This document shows positions 12,139 to 25,530 of a DNA stretch of 64,000 bases, in pieces (position 1 is the stretch's first letter; the number at the start of each line of letters is the position of its first letter). The stretch comes from Selaginella moellendorffii (lineage: Eukaryota > Plantae > Lycopodiophyta). Position numbers and translations under genes: made by a program. Below the pieces are notes generated by a model. It had not been told where the DNA came from, searched no databases, and was given only the letters and a program-made list of their open reading frames with translations. The DNA lies in NCBI RefSeq assembly GCF_000143415.4, contig NW_003314290.1:1095481-1159480 (forward strand). The letters are read 5' to 3'.

Positions 12139-12921
12139 ATGCTGCCAGGTATCGACGAGGAAGAGGCCCAGCTGCGATTGACGCTGTCGCCACCGGGTGG
12201 AGGCGGCGGCGTGGCGGCGGCACCGGCGGCGTCGCGCGCGCCCGCCGCTCATCTCCATCACGAGCGCCCGGAGGCGCCCAGCGAGGAATCGAAGAAGGCC
12301 CGCCGCCAGCTCCGCTCGGGATCGGCGTCGTCCTCCTCCAGCGATCAAGCCGCCTCGGCGGCGGTGGCGGCGAGCAAGGAGCCCCCCCCGCCGCAGCGAT
12401 CCAGTCACCACCACGGCGGTGGCAGCAGCGGGAAGGGAGATATCATCGTGCCGGCGTACGCGTGGGCGAGCGAGCGGCGCGCGGTGGTGCTCTCCCTTGA
12501 CACCCTGCAGGCGGCGGGGATCGACAAGGTGGCCGGGGACGTGATGTGCAAGCGGTGCGACGGCCCGGGCAGCGTCGAGGTCGGGGTGGCGGCGGGCTTC
12601 GCGGCGGTGAGCAACTACTTCGTGACCCACCGCGACACCATGCACGATCGCGCGCCCAAGTGCTGGACGTCGCCGCGCCTCCTCGACTGCTCGCTTTGCC
12701 TCCAGACCGACTGCGTCAAGCCCGTCATCCACGCCAAGAAGCGGCACATCAACTGGCTGTTCTTGCTGCTCACGCAGACGCTCGGCCTGTGCACGCTGGA
12801 CCAGCTCAAGTACTTCTGCAAGCACACGCGCCGCCACCGCACCGGAGCCAAGGATCGGGTGCTCTACCTCACCTATGTTGGCCTGCTCAAGCAGCTCCAC
12901 CCCGCCGGGCATTACGACTGA
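12139..12921 (+). CDS. Plant DUF7086-type Cys/His-rich protein with an N-terminal LxLxL (EAR-like) motif
   Basis: PAYAWASERRA...CKRC...MHDRAPKCW...C..C...VKPVI..KKRHINWLFLLL...LKYFCKHTRRHRTGAKDRVLYLTY; N-terminal LRLTL. Confidence 0.85.
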   Translation: MLPGIDEEEAQLRLTLSPPGGGGGVAAAPAASRAPAAHLHHERPEAPSEESKKARRQLRSGSASSSSSDQAASAAVAASKEPPPPQRSSHHHGGGSSGKGDIIVPAYAWASERRAVVLSLDTLQAAGIDKVAGDVMCKRCDGPGSVEVGVAAGFAAVSNYFVTHRDTMHDRAPKCWTSPRLLDCSLCLQTDCVKPVIHAKKRHINWLFLLLTQTLGLCTLDQLKYFCKHTRRHRTGAKDRVLYLTYVGLLKQLHPAGHYD

Positions 12922-13015
12922 TCGAGTTTGATCCATCCACCATATCCTTTCAATCGCTAGAAGCTCCATCCTTCCATATCCTCGTGCTGGCTGAGTCATC
13001 CTTACCCAACTCCAT

Positions 13016-13062
13016 TGCTACTGCTACTACTGCTACTACTGCTACTATTACAACTACTGCTG
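13016..13062 (+). repeat. (CTA/CTG)n microsatellite in the 3' flank
   Basis: GCTACTGCTACTACTGCTACTACTGCTACT... Confidence 0.8.
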
Positions 13063-13629
13063 ATCATGCCACTGAAGTTTACCATGCTTGCTTGCTTACT
13101 AAGTTCACTTCTTACTTGCATTTACCCACTCACTCAGTCATGGCTGACTCCATCTCTCTCACCTTCCATGGCATTACCACTTTCTTGTTTTGTGATCTCC
13201 TTGTCTCCTGTTTCTGTTTTGGAATGATTGAGTTTTGTAAGAGCTGCTCCAACCCGGGCTGCTAATGCAATATGATGCAACCTTTCTTTTCTCCTGGAAC
13301 TTTGTTATATGCTTTGTTCATGAATGCAGATGAAGCTTTTCAGGTGTACATAGTGATTTGGCTGGCGACGTGATTGATCATGGGATCAAGAAGGTAAGAT
13401 GTGTCTGGATTCCAAACGGTTCTAAATCGGTTTTGCCTGCTGCTGCTTATGGGAAAAACTATGAGCTTCTACGGCTCTAATCTGTGTTACAAGCTGTCGA
13501 ATCTTTGTTCACAGTTGTTTCTTAATCGAGTGTATTCAGGTAGCCTGACTGAAGTTACAGACATTCTTATTACTTTCATGGTTGATTGTTGTGAGTTGAC
13601 ATGTGTTTTGGGAACTTGATCCCAGTATG

Positions 13630-13870
13630 TTCTACTCTTGGTTTTGAAGGTTCCAATGCTATGATTATAGCTGGAGAGAACTCTAGAAGAAATCAACATC
13701 TTGGGGGAGAGGGATCGGATTATAGCGAGAAGGTTAGAGGTAATCTCTAAATTCTTAGTGCAACTTTAGTGCTAAAGCTCTAATCTGTTATGAGCAAGTT
13801 GCACTTACATGGTTTACTCTTGGTTTTGAAGGTTCTAATGATCTGATTATAGCTCGAGACGAACTCTAGG
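13630..13870 (+). repeat. Degenerate direct repeat (~57-bp core, ~180 bp apart)
   Basis: TACTCTTGGTTTTGAAGGTT...GATTATAGCT.GAGA.GAACTCTAG at ~13633 and ~13815. Confidence 0.65.
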
Positions 13871-14651
13871 GGGTTGTAGCGAAGTTAGAGATAATGTCCA
13901 TTCGATCTTAAGTTCTAAAACAAGCTGTGAGAAAGAACAAGTTAGAAGGTGATGCTCTAAGTTTCCTACACAAGTTAGGCTCTTTCGATATTGATTCTTT
14001 CCATTCAGGTCAAGGTCTAAAGACAATGCGTATGACAACTATAACATCAGGACAAATATCTACTTTAGTTTTGACATACCGTACAGAAAACATTTGGGCC
14101 ATGGCGGTGGCGGGAAGTGAAAAGGTTGACCCGCCGTACAAGTGTATTTTGGAGGAGAGAGAAAAGCTTCTCTGGCGTGGATCATTGCGTCTGTCACTTC
14201 CCGCCGTACTAGTGCCATGTAATGTGGATTTTAGAGCGCCCCGCCATTGGTGTGAGAAACCGGTCAGCGAGGATCTTGGACGCCCGCGATGGCGCCACGT
14301 CCATCGACGTGTGACGTGGCGGACGATGGGCCGTGCATCCCGGGAGTCTCAGCTATGGCGAGTGTATTGTGAGCAGCCGGCTATCTTTTCGATAGAGGGG
14401 AAGGGGAGCGTTCCTCGCGCGCGGCTAGGGTTCCTCTTTGTCATGCCGCGGCTGGAATGCATGTAGGCGCCGCGGTGTGAGCGCGCGGGATTAATGCAGG
14501 TTCTCACTCCTCGATCCTCGGGAAATTTTCTTTCTTCTTCCTCCTACTTGTGCGCCGCCCGCCTGATCTCGGCCTGCATTGGATTTCTGGCGATCGGCTC
14601 GTGAGCGCTGCGGGTGATTTGGTCGATCGCCGCCGCAATATCGCTCCTGGG

Positions 14652-16793
14652 ATGCCTTTGGCAAGGTACGAGCTCCAGAGCGAGTACTGTTTTGCGAATC
14701 CCGAGCTGTACAAGGCCGTCCCCAAGAACGATGCCGAGGCGCTGTTCGAGAGCATCACAATGGCGGCACTGGCTGGGATCGTGCGACAGCTTGGAGAAGT
14801 GGCAGAGTGAGTGTTGTATGTTTTTTTCTTCTCTTTTGGTCTCATTCTCTTGTCTTTACTCTTGTCTATGCGTGTGTGTCAGGCTCGCCGCGGAGATTTT
14901 CAACGACTTGCATCAAGAGGTCGTGGCGTTATCCTCGAGAGGGAAACAAATCGCTCGGCGAGTGGGAAGGCTCGAAGCCGAGCTAACTACATTGGAAGAG
15001 ACCGTCTATTGCGAGTCTGATCAGCTGAGCTATGCCTTTACAGAAGGTATTCCTTTTGCTTTCCTTTGCTTTTGCTTTGTGATAAATTCTTTTTTTTGTT
15101 TTTTTTGGTTCTCAAGCAGGTTTTCAGTGGCATCCAACCATTTTCGTGAAGCAGAATCACTTCTCTCAGCCGGAGCTTCCCCGCTTCCTCCAGCAGTCGT
15201 ATGATGACTGTAGAGAACCCCCGCGCTTCTTTCTCTTGGACAAGTAGGCAATCTGGATTCTTTTGCAGTTTGTATTAGTTGATTTTTGTCTGTAGTTTTG
15301 ACGTTGCCGGAGCTGGAGCTACGCTGAGGAGATATACGGACCCTTCCTTCTTCCGAATTAAATGGGCGAATTCGGAGCTGTTAAAGGCGGAGAGGCTCCA
15401 GACTGGGCGGCGCGTCAGAGAAAGAGGGAAAGTAAGTCGCGTCTAATGAGTTGCTGTAGCGTAATTGACGGAATTTTGCAGAAACGTGAAACTAGTGGTG
15501 TTCATGATACCCGACAAAGTATCACCCCGGAAGCTAAGCTCAGGTACGTTTTGTTTATCGAAAAAGTATCAACTGTTTGGCTTGCATTAGTTTCATAGAA
15601 GCCTCAAAGTTCATCCACAGTGTGGATGCATTCTCGGACCCCTATCTGGAAGCTGATGATACCGACACGGAACTACGTGCGTTGAAAGTGGAAACGCTTC
15701 GGATCAGCGCCAAGGAAATAGAAGAAAACTCTCTACTCCAGAAGAGGACGAGGCATACGACGTCAGCGACCGACAGTGATTTTGTCGACGGTGCAGAGCA
15801 CTTCGTTGATGCTCTCACGAGCATAGAGCCGGATGCAGAAATAGAAAATGAAAAGGCCAGGTGCAGTACGTCCAGCCGAACATCCAGTGGGTCAAATCAG
15901 GAAGCTGCTTTTTCAGTTAAACAGGAGGCTAGAGCGACGCCACCAAAAGACTTTATCCAAGAGGATCTGCCGCAACGTAGTCCCTTCAATGTTCAAGGAG
16001 CGACCGAGCTTTCTTTCTACTCCAGCACGTCACCTTCCGAGATTTCATCGCCATCCGCGTCGCCATCCCTGTCGGATCTATCTGAAGAGTCGTACTCGTC
16101 GCAGCAAATATTCAGTGTGCTGGACTCTCCTGTAGTGGGGATTGGAAGAAACGCAACGAAGGAACGGGAGGTTTGGACCATGCCCTTCAGGCCGAGCTCA
16201 CCTTCGGAAGCAGCAAGTTTTCCCGATGAGGCACCACCTCCTCCTCCGCTGCCTCCGAGCAAATGGAGAGTTGCGAAGACGCTTGTTCCCGGGGACGTTT
16301 CGTCGTCACCAGCGCCAGAAGATTTGCAGGGCCAAGGAGCTCCCGTTGGCCACCAGCACCATGACATACTAATGGATTCCATTGTTTCTCATGACAAGGA
16401 TACGGTAAGTGTTTTTTACTTTTGAACTTCTGAAAATTGCAAACTTATTTTTCAGCTGAGAAAGGTGACCAGTGATCCTCGGGCGAAATCGTTTGGCAGT
16501 CGTGAGGTCTTACTGGAGCAAATACGCTCGAGGGTAAGAATTCATATCATGAGTGAAAGAATTGTGACAATGAGCATGTTTTGTTCCAGTCTTTCAATCT
16601 AAAGCACGCTGCCCAGCAGGAGAAGGAGAAAACTGAGACTCCTTGCCCAGCAACGTCCAGCGTCAACGTCGCGACGATCCTGGAGAAAGCTAGTGCAATT
16701 CGCCAGGTATGCTGCATTTTCGTTGATCGTTGTTCGATGATTATTGTTGTGCAGGCACTTCAGGGGAGTGATGACGAAGAGGACTTTACCTAA
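14652..16793 (+). CDS. SCAR: SCAR/WAVE-family actin nucleation-promoting factor, multi-exon
   Basis: SHD: MPLARYELQSEY...MAALAGIVRQLG|LAAEIFNDLHQEV...LLDK|FDVAGAGATLRRYTDPSFF; PPPPPLPP; WH2 LLEQIRSR|SFNLKH; VATILEKASAIRQ|ALQGSDDEEDFT. Confidence 0.9.
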
Positions 16794-17025
16794 CATTTCG
16801 CATTTTATATCTCTTTTAAACTACACCGCATTATGCCTTGCTGCCTTGGTGTTTCAGTTGAGCAAGAACTGTACGAATTTGGTAACACCAACCTCTTAAA
16901 TTATCTGAAATTTGCGATGACAGATGGGAAATAATTTCTTGGAGACGCTTTGGCAAATTTGCTCAAGGAATCCAAGCTGGAAAGACCCCTCCAGCGGAAG
17001 AAAGCGCTGCTCGCATCGACACAGT

Positions 17026-17516
17026 ATGAAGACCCCAGCAGGATTTGGCCTCTTGCTTCTAATCTCAGATACAAATTATCTTTTGTATTTACAGCATCTG
17101 CTAATTTAAAACTCCCTTTTTTTATCACAGGACAGGCATTTGGAAGTTTTCTTAGTTCTCTCTTTCTTTCTCGCGCTTAGACTTGTGGATTTGCAGTTGC
17201 GCAAGGCGTTGCTTGCACCAAAGGAGTGTTTCGCTGGGATTTATCTCGATTGCCCGACGTTCGTCAGCTACGATCAGTGCCAGAACTGCTGCACAGCGAC
17301 TGCTCGCTGCACTACAGGAACGGAAGCGTGGCTTGCAAGGGTCGAGGCAGCCGGTGCCCCCTGTTTTGCGTAACGGACACTCTTGTCAAGTGTGGCGGCG
17401 CGGTGATTGTCGATCGCTGTGATAATTGCTGCACGATCAAGTACACGAACTGTGCTCTCCTGAACAAGAACAACGGGACCATTGTGTGCAAAGGGATTGG
17501 ATTCGAGTCTACATAA
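17026..17516 (+). pseudogene. Two-domain potato type II (Pin2) proteinase-inhibitor-like gene, damaged copy 1
   Basis: Signal exon MKTPAGFGLLLLIS with donor mutated GT>AT at 17069; domain 2 CPLFC...C...CDNCCT...C.L...NGTIVCKG intact; domain 1 scrambled by compensating frameshifts. Confidence 0.7.
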
Positions 17517-17839
17517 TCAGCCTCCCAAGCCGTTTGACAAGTGATCGACCTTTTTGTCTGGCTTAAACTGAAATTTATCTATGGTTTATTCAAACCTTTA
17601 TGGAAGTGATGCAAAAGTAATAAAGCATATTGTAAAAACAATGCTGTCCATGAGAACGATGTTTTTTTCTTTTTTCTCTTTAGGAGCTGATTCTTACAAA
17701 GATGTTCTTTTATTGTCCATTTTTGCTGATCGATCAGCATATGTGAGTTTGGGCATTTTTAAAACTAATGTGATTTGTGGTGAATATAAGATTGTTTTGA
17801 TTCTGAATCTTGCAAACCTCATCCCTCCAAACGATCATT

Positions 17840-18597
17840 ACTTACTTTTTTGCCACTGTAGATGTTTTCTCAATTCCCCACTCCAACTCCATGGCACAAT
17901 AACTCTCCTCATCTACTGGAAATTCCTCCATTTGCTACTCCAACTCCATGACAAAATCGTCTTGCTCCTCACCCAAATCGGATCGAGTGCCTTGGCCCTG
18001 TGGGTCAAGACCCAGTAGTAAATCTAGATCATCACCGTCATCAACTTTGAAATCCCTGAGAAAGTTCTCCTCATCCTCCACGGAAGGGCCCTTGTCCTCC
18101 AAATCCATTTTCAATTTCTAAACCTCCTGGAAAATCTCCTCGCCTTGCACGTATCCCTCGAGGTCACAGGCGTTGACTGGCAACGATTGATCCCGGCGCT
18201 GACTAGGGCATTGACCCACCTCTATCGCGCAAGGAAGACACTGCCCCCTTGACTTCTTCTGCTGCTGCTCCTTCTTGGGTTTCTTTCTTGGACGACCGCC
18301 ATCTTCCTTCTTGGCTCGTTTCGCTCATGTTGTTCCACCCAGGGTGAAGTGCCGTTTGCACACCGTGCACTTGTAGCACACTTGGATCAGCATGTGGTTT
18401 TTGAAATAGTCAAACTTGGTGAGTGCCGAGGGATCGCAGCCGAGTGGGCAGAGCGGATGCTGCTGTTGCAAGAAGGCCATGAGCTCCTCCACGCTCCCAA
18501 ACGTAACAACCTGCTGTGATACCCGTGAATCAAAGACTGGGTAGTCTTTGAGACGGTGGATGTCCTTAACCAGCATGCCTCTCATTTTTCTCTTCAT
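17840..18597 (-). pseudogene. Divergent Dof-like zinc-finger gene with acidic C-terminus, copy 1
   Basis: CPLGCDPSALTKFDYFKNHMLIQVCYKCTVCKRHFTLGGT vs Dof CPRC.S..TKFCY.NNY...QPR.FC..C.RYWT.GG; TGA at 18325-18327 and TAG near 18118. Confidence 0.7.
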
Positions 18598-20830
18598 ATT
18601 TACTACCAGAGAGATGAAAATAATTTAGGTATCCTGTTAAGGGCGATGAAATTATGTACTTGACCACAACTGTTGATCACAGTCCATCCTATTCGTTGGA
18701 TTAGATAAACATCAAAATCTCTGAGACAAAAGACCCTTAATACGAATATGCTACAGGTGCTCATTGAGTGACAAACGAATGAAATCTGAGTCCCTAACCA
18801 TTCGCAGGCGAGCCAACATCTCCACCCAAGTAGCTCGTGCCATAAGTTCCAGTGCCAGGTAGAGCTGAGCTTGATCCAGTCTAAGGGGACGAGCTCAAAG
18901 TTTGGCCTGGCGTGCTTGATCCAGTCGAAGCGGATGATGGCGTTGGAGTAGATGATCCAGACAACGACGATGCTAGTGTGGATTCTCCAGAAGTCGGTGT
19001 TGATGGTGATGATCCTGGCGAAGTTACAATGAATACCAGCGTCGCTTTGCCAGCTGGCGAACTACTACATCCTACTGAAGCTGCCACTTCAACACCAGAG
19101 CCACTCGCGAAACTGACGGTCCCGCACTAGATCCAGAACTCTCTGCTGCGATTACCAGCGTCAACAACATTGTATTCAATCTTAGAAACCAAACCATACT
19201 CAAAGACTATATACTGGAATCAGCCGCTGCCTAGAATGCTGTTGATAGATTTTGCCCTTGTTGTAAACGAGCAGGAAATATGATCCAGCAGATAATCTTG
19301 TTCTTGTTGTGACCTTCGACTGCTGCTTTCAACATCTCAAATCGCCCACAACGACCAGGCTAGCGACATTCTTTTTTGATGAACTTGGGACTTCAACTAT
19401 GTGGTTCCAAGACATGATGGCGTCTTATGCAGTTGAGTGTCAAGGATTGAGTGGTCTAAAGTCTCGGAATCATCATTCCGTACTTAAGCCTTCACAAAAA
19501 CAGAATGCCTCAAACATTTGCCCATTACAGGCAAATGCTGAGAGGAGGTTTACCTTAACTTTGTATCCTCGCAGCTGGAGCTTCTGGATGAGCTACCTGA
19601 CTGGTAGCGCCCACAACCAGAAGCATTGTAAACTCGGCATTGGAGATGGTGAATTTGGCTGCCGACGAGCACAACCCAGAGCACAAGCTATGATCAATCA
19701 CAAGAAACTGAATGGAGTCGAATTTCTTCGAGGATCAAGCCTTACTGCTTGGATCGTGCATTGCCATGAGGTCACGCTTGTGCCATTTCGCGAAGTTGCA
19801 GTGTCTTTTATAACTCAATCAGATTTTATTCATAGTATATTCGTATTAGAATATTTGTTTGAATATGAATCTAATCCAACGGTTGTGATCATCTACAATA
19901 TGTTAGGCCCAGTTGCATGGAAGTGGGAAAAAAATTCCTGATGTTAGTTTTGGCCAGTGGGAGAGCACCATAGCTTTGGTGCTCATTGGCTCTAGCAAGG
20001 TGATATATGAATTTGACATGTGTTTATTTGGATTTGTGAATGCCATTGAGCAGTGGAGCTAGAGTGTGGCCAGAACCATCGAAGAGTTCGACTACAGTCC
20101 CTGTCCACAAGAGAGAACAAACTCAAGGTGAGTTCTCAAAGCCATAGCTTGCAAACCCCATCCACCTCTCACAACTCAAGCATTAAGAACCAAAACTTTG
20201 ACAAACTTCCCATTGAGCTCCTTGCCTTCTTCTTGAGCTGCCAAGCCTCTCAAGTTTCTGGACAAGATAAAGGCTGAAGGAGGCAGCTGTGTAGCGAACA
20301 ATGCAAGCTATGCTATTGCTTTCAAGGACAATGCTAATACAAACATAGAGCATGCTGATGAAGCTCATACAAATATAGACCTTGAAAATGGTAATAAAAC
20401 ATTTATACAAATAGCATATAAAGAAATTTACAATGACCATATAATACATATGATAAGTATTAGAAGTATGTCATCCATATGTGTTTTTGCAGTGTATTAC
20501 ATTTGAAAATGAGTTAAACTCAATATGCTGCTATAATGGAAAGGTTTGCCTTCCCTAACTTTCATCTTTACTATATTACATATACTTTTTAATGAAATTA
20601 AAACTTATGTGAGTGCATGAAATATTGAAAGAGAATATAGAAAATCCATATATTAATTAGCTGAAAAAGTGAGTGGTTCAGATTGAAACTAATTCAACAA
20701 CCATTAAAATCCTACTGTACTAATATTAGTATACGGCATTATAGCCATACACTTAGATCTTACATCATCCCCTCCTCTCAAAAAGATGGAAGACTGTCAA
20801 GGTTCTCTCTAGCATAGGCTGGGCCCTTTG

Positions 20831-21934
20831 TGTAGCACATGTGATCATTAGATGAGATTTAGATATACTGTCACCGTGGATCCTTGGAACCTTGGGGGTT
20901 CCAAATGTATAGTAGGGAAAGTGGTTGAAATGCATGTCCAACCATTTGAAACATTAATTTGGCTTCTGCTGGGTTGTGTCGCTCCTTGTTCTGCGTCCAG
21001 CTTGGGTCTAAGCCCAAGTTCCACATTGCTCTAGTTGGTGGGGTACCTTCCTTCTCGCATTAGGCCACCAGCATGCCAAAATTGTGCCAGACTTTGTCTG
21101 ACACCATTTTGCGTGCAAGTGCTGGATACGGGGAGCTGGTGCTCATGGGATTGTACTAGACCCTCGTTTCGTAGTGCAACTGGGTTGGAATTCGGCTCTA
21201 AATTCAGATGCGCTACATTTAGTATAAGAGGAAATGGCACGGGTTCGATTCCCATTGATTGGTGGTTACTTAAAAATATAATATACCTTTGAGCAAGTTA
21301 TATTCCTACCCTTACATTTGAAATCGTACATATTATGCATCCATGTGTACGTCTTTCCTTTTGTGTGGAGTATCCACAGATGAAGGTATTCATTGTGGGA
21401 ATGCGGTATGGGTGGATGATTAGTTGCCTTACATAGAATAGTTGGTTTACACAATGGAAGGATTAGTAAATTCAATGCGGAAATGGAGGTGTTGATTCCC
21501 CTTGGTTCAGTAGAGGTTGTTAGTCAATAGTCAATTAGGACATTGACATCTTTGAAAGGGGGGGTGAGTGTAACGCATGTGATCATGGGATGAGATTTGG
21601 ATATACTATCACTATAGTCAAATGTATAGTAAAGATAGTGGTTGGAATGCATGTCCGACCACCTAAGACATTAGTTTGGCTTCCGCTAGGCTGTGTCACT
21701 TCTTGCTCTGTGTTTGGCTTGGGTCTAAGCCCAAGCTCCACGCTACTTTAGTCGGTGGGGTATTATCCTCTTCGTGTTAGTCCACCGGCATGCCAAAATT
21801 GTGCTAAACTCTATTTGACACCATTTTGCATGCAAGTGCTGGATACGGGGAGTTGGTGCTCGTGGGATTGTACCAGACCCTTGTTTTGTAGCGCAACGGG
21901 CTTGGAGTTCAGCTCCAAATTTAGGTGCGCTACA
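20831..21934 (+). mobile_element. TRIM (terminal-repeat retrotransposon in miniature)
   Basis: LTRs 20831-21217 and 21569-21934 (TG...CA), PBS-like TTAGTATAAGAG, ~350-bp non-coding interior, PPT GAAAGGGGGGGTGAG, 5-bp TSD CTTTG both sides. Confidence 0.88.
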
Positions 21935-24241
21935 CTTTGTATGAAGCATTTTAACCACTACACATGCACAATTTTCAGAGGATTGTCTTGCTAAATATCA
22001 TGCTAAATCTCATAAAGTTGCGGTCTAACTTGTTGCAACATTTTATACAATCCTTTCTATTGAGTAAAGAGCCCTTTAGATAAACCACATACCAGAGGAA
22101 AATGGACTAACACCAAATCATCCACTTTATACTCCACAGGTGGACAATGATGGGTTATTGTTGTCCCACTTGTATGCAGCCCAAGTGTTTAGCAGACTTT
22201 GTTTAGACAAATGGAAGAATGCTTGTCAAATATTAATCCCACGACCTAGCATTAGTAACCCATGGCAATTGCAAAGGTAAACCCAACTCTGTTGGTAGTA
22301 TTGGATCATAACCATATAGGAGTTTCTATGGTGGAGCACCAATAGAACTCTACACCTCTGTGATATATGTATACTGAAGAAACGGCAAATAACCATACCA
22401 ATTTGAATGCTGAAAATTCATATACTTCTCGATTATCCCTTTAAAAGTCTGAACAAGCTGTTCCACCAAATCATTTAAATGTGGATGATAAACACTTGTG
22501 AAAGTGTGGCATATCCCCAACCGAGACATTAAAACATAAAATGCCTTAGCCATAAATGCAGGACCATTATCCGAAAGAATCTACTCCAGACAGGAATGTT
22601 GGAACAGTACTTGATTGAGGAGGAAGTATTCAATAGTAGTTGCAGACGCGCTAGTAAAAGCACTGACTTCCACCCAACAAATCAAGTAGTCAGATGCAAT
22701 AATGACATACTCATTACAAGTAATTGATCATGGAAAAGGTCCTATTAATTCAAATGTTACCAACTCAAATGGATGGAAAACTATAATTGACTCCAAGTGT
22801 CCTTCTGCAACACAAGGGGGATTATTACAAGCTTGCCACCAAATGTAGTTATGCACATACCAGATAACATCATGTCATATCTTTGGCAAAATAGCAAGTC
22901 ATCAGCAAGTGATATAAGATTCTCAAACCTATCACAAAGCCTTTGAATCCATGGTTTAATCTTTTAAACCTCATGAACCTCATTAAAAGAAAGTAAATTT
23001 TGTTTTGCATCTTATAGATATTAAATGTTAAATATAACAACTGTTGACGGTATGAAATCCTCATCCAAAAATTCCATAAATGCTGGAACAATAGGCTCAT
23101 CAGAAATATGGAAAAAGAGTGAAGAAGGAAAATGAGCTAAAAAAAGGGCATTAACATCAACTTTAGAACTCCCCAGGTGATGAACAACTTCAAAATCATA
23201 TATCTGAAACTTCAAAGCCCACTAAGCAATACAACCAACTAAGTTCTTTTGCTTCAATAATGAAATAATTGCAGCATGATCACCTTTTAGTAACATCTAA
23301 GAACCATATAGATATACATGAAGTTTATCGAAACCCCAAACTACTACTAAACACTCCTTCTCTATTGTGGAATAATTCACTTCTATTGATTGTAATTACG
23401 GTTGATATATGTAATAGGATGGCATTGATTAGACACACTTTAGCTCTCTTGCATCAACACACCTCAAAAATTAATATCAAAAGCATCTGAGTATAGTCAG
23501 GATATGCTAAAACTATAAGAGTTGTCAATAGCTCTTTGAGATCTATAAATGCTCGCTCATAGTCTGCAGACCAAATAGAAGATGATGTTGATGAATTCAG
23601 CAATGCTTGCAATGGTGCAATGTGATTAGAAAAGATGTTCAACAAAATGACTGAGATACTGCATCTTACCCAAACACATCATTCACATACTTTGGAGTAG
23701 GGAACTTTACAATAACCATAGTTTATCATGATCAACTTGTAAACCTTTATAAGAAATAAGATACCCAAGATAAGTCATGTCCTTGGATCCAAACATGCAC
23801 TTCGACTGCTTTAACTTTAAATTAACTTCCCTTAACTAATCCAACACTTTATTAACATCACTGATGTGTTTTTCTCATGTCCTTATGAGTGGATCAAAAT
23901 ATCATTGATGAAGTTAATAGTCACCTTTGGCATATCACAAAAAACCTTATCTATTATCTGTTGGAAAGTTTCTGGAGCATTGTTCATACCAAATAGCATC
24001 ACCAAGAAATCATACAAATAAAACAGTGTATGAAAAACAGTCTTAGGAATATCTTTTTCAGCCATTGGTACTTGCTAGTACCTAGAAACAAAATCTAATT
24101 TGGTGAATCAACAACTTTTCTTTAGACGATCCAAAAGATTAACATTGTGAGGAAGAGGGTACAAATCCGGGATCATCATTTCATTTAATAAACGATAGTT
24201 AATGCAGAAATGAATATTCCTATTAAACTTTATCACAAGAT

Positions 24242-25530
24242 TGTAAGTGACTAAATTTTCCATTCTACTTTAGTCACTTAGCCACATCTTCAACCATTTG
24301 GAGGAGTCTCCCTCACAACCTCTATATGTCCTATTCTAGACTTAAGGACTTGCTACTCCCGAGAACGGCATCTATGCCACTCAACCTTTGCACTTGGTCC
24401 AAGTGCTCCATGTGTTTGATCCCATGACCGATACTGAAAATATCAATCTATTACACTAAGGTTATGCCCATTCGTCTTTGTTATGCTAGTGGTCTAACAC
24501 CATCTACATCACAGTTTTATCTTTCAAAGATTAGACCATCCGTCCATGAATGATCAACTTATATCTCCTCCTTAGCATGCTTAGGATGCCCACAAACATG
24601 GGGAACAACCTTCCCCAATATCCCCTTTTTGATCCTCACCAAGTTTCTTTCCAACCATGGCTATGTTTGCCAACATTGCAATTGAGAAAGGGTCTAAAAG
24701 CTCACCCATTATGTCCCATTAACCTCTGGGACTTCCTTGTTGTATGACTACATCCTTGGTCACCACACAAAAGGATTGCTCCTCTTCCTTTCCATAGTCT
24801 GGGACTCTGGAACAACATTTTGAAACACTACAGCCAAGCCTTATGACCATCTATTTTTGAGTGCCCTAGCCATAGGGCTAAAGCGAGGTTTTGATGAGCC
24901 ACATTAGGTATTCAAGTAGGTAGTGCCACCTATGCTTGGACTGGGAGCATCGACCATTTGATCTCCCGAGGGAACTAAAGTCAACTTTTGAACACTTCAC
25001 CAAACTACCCCACTTGTTTGTTTGTATTCACTCTAGCCTTGGACTTTCTAGTGGTTATATCATCACCTAACACATGGGTATACTTTCTTAGGCCACACTA
25101 GCCTTTCTTGGCCAAATTGGTTCTATTGGAGTCCAAGCCCCACAATCTCCCCTACTATACTTTTGGTACACACCCCCCCAAAGGGACAATTGCTTTGGCA
25201 TTTCACCTAACAGTAGTATTTGGACTTGGACTGTGGTCTTGAACTCGAACTTGGTCTGGAACTCGGACTCGATCTCGGTCTCGGTCTTCATCTCAGGTCC
25301 ATCTCAAACTCTCCATCTTGGGTCCATATAAAATTCTATCTTAGGTCCATCTCGGACTCCATTTCAAACCCCATCTCAGGTCCTTCGTTGGGAGTTCCAC
25401 TCCCACTGTCGACTTTTTGAGTCAGAGCTTTTTAGTCCAAATGTATTATGCTTATTGGGCTTCTACTTTGGCCACTACTATGTGGCACCTTTTTCGTGCC
25501 ACTTTGGGGCTTAGGGATTTTTGTCTCACA
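24242..25530 (+). mobile_element. Solo LTR (family Y) inserted in the RT of the old Ty3
   Basis: TGTAAGTGAC...GTCTCACA termini, TSD AAGAT on both sides. Confidence 0.85.

Larger units (their letters stand above)
16396..20245 (+). repeat. Segmental duplication, copy 1 (source)
   Basis: Near-identical to 29451-33238 from the SCAR intron donor onward. Confidence 0.92.

Noticed and set aside
11857-13265. 380-aa antisense and 239-aa alternate-frame ORFs over the DUF7086-type gene
   Set aside because: GC3-bias artefacts with no recognisable motifs
18800-20240. Ser/Thr/Pro-rich and other short ORFs in the duplicated block
   Set aside because: Interrupted by stops that differ between copies; no family could be supported
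20831-21934. Cassandra-type TRIM with 5S rRNA in its LTR
   Set aside because: No 5S A/C-box sequence recognisable
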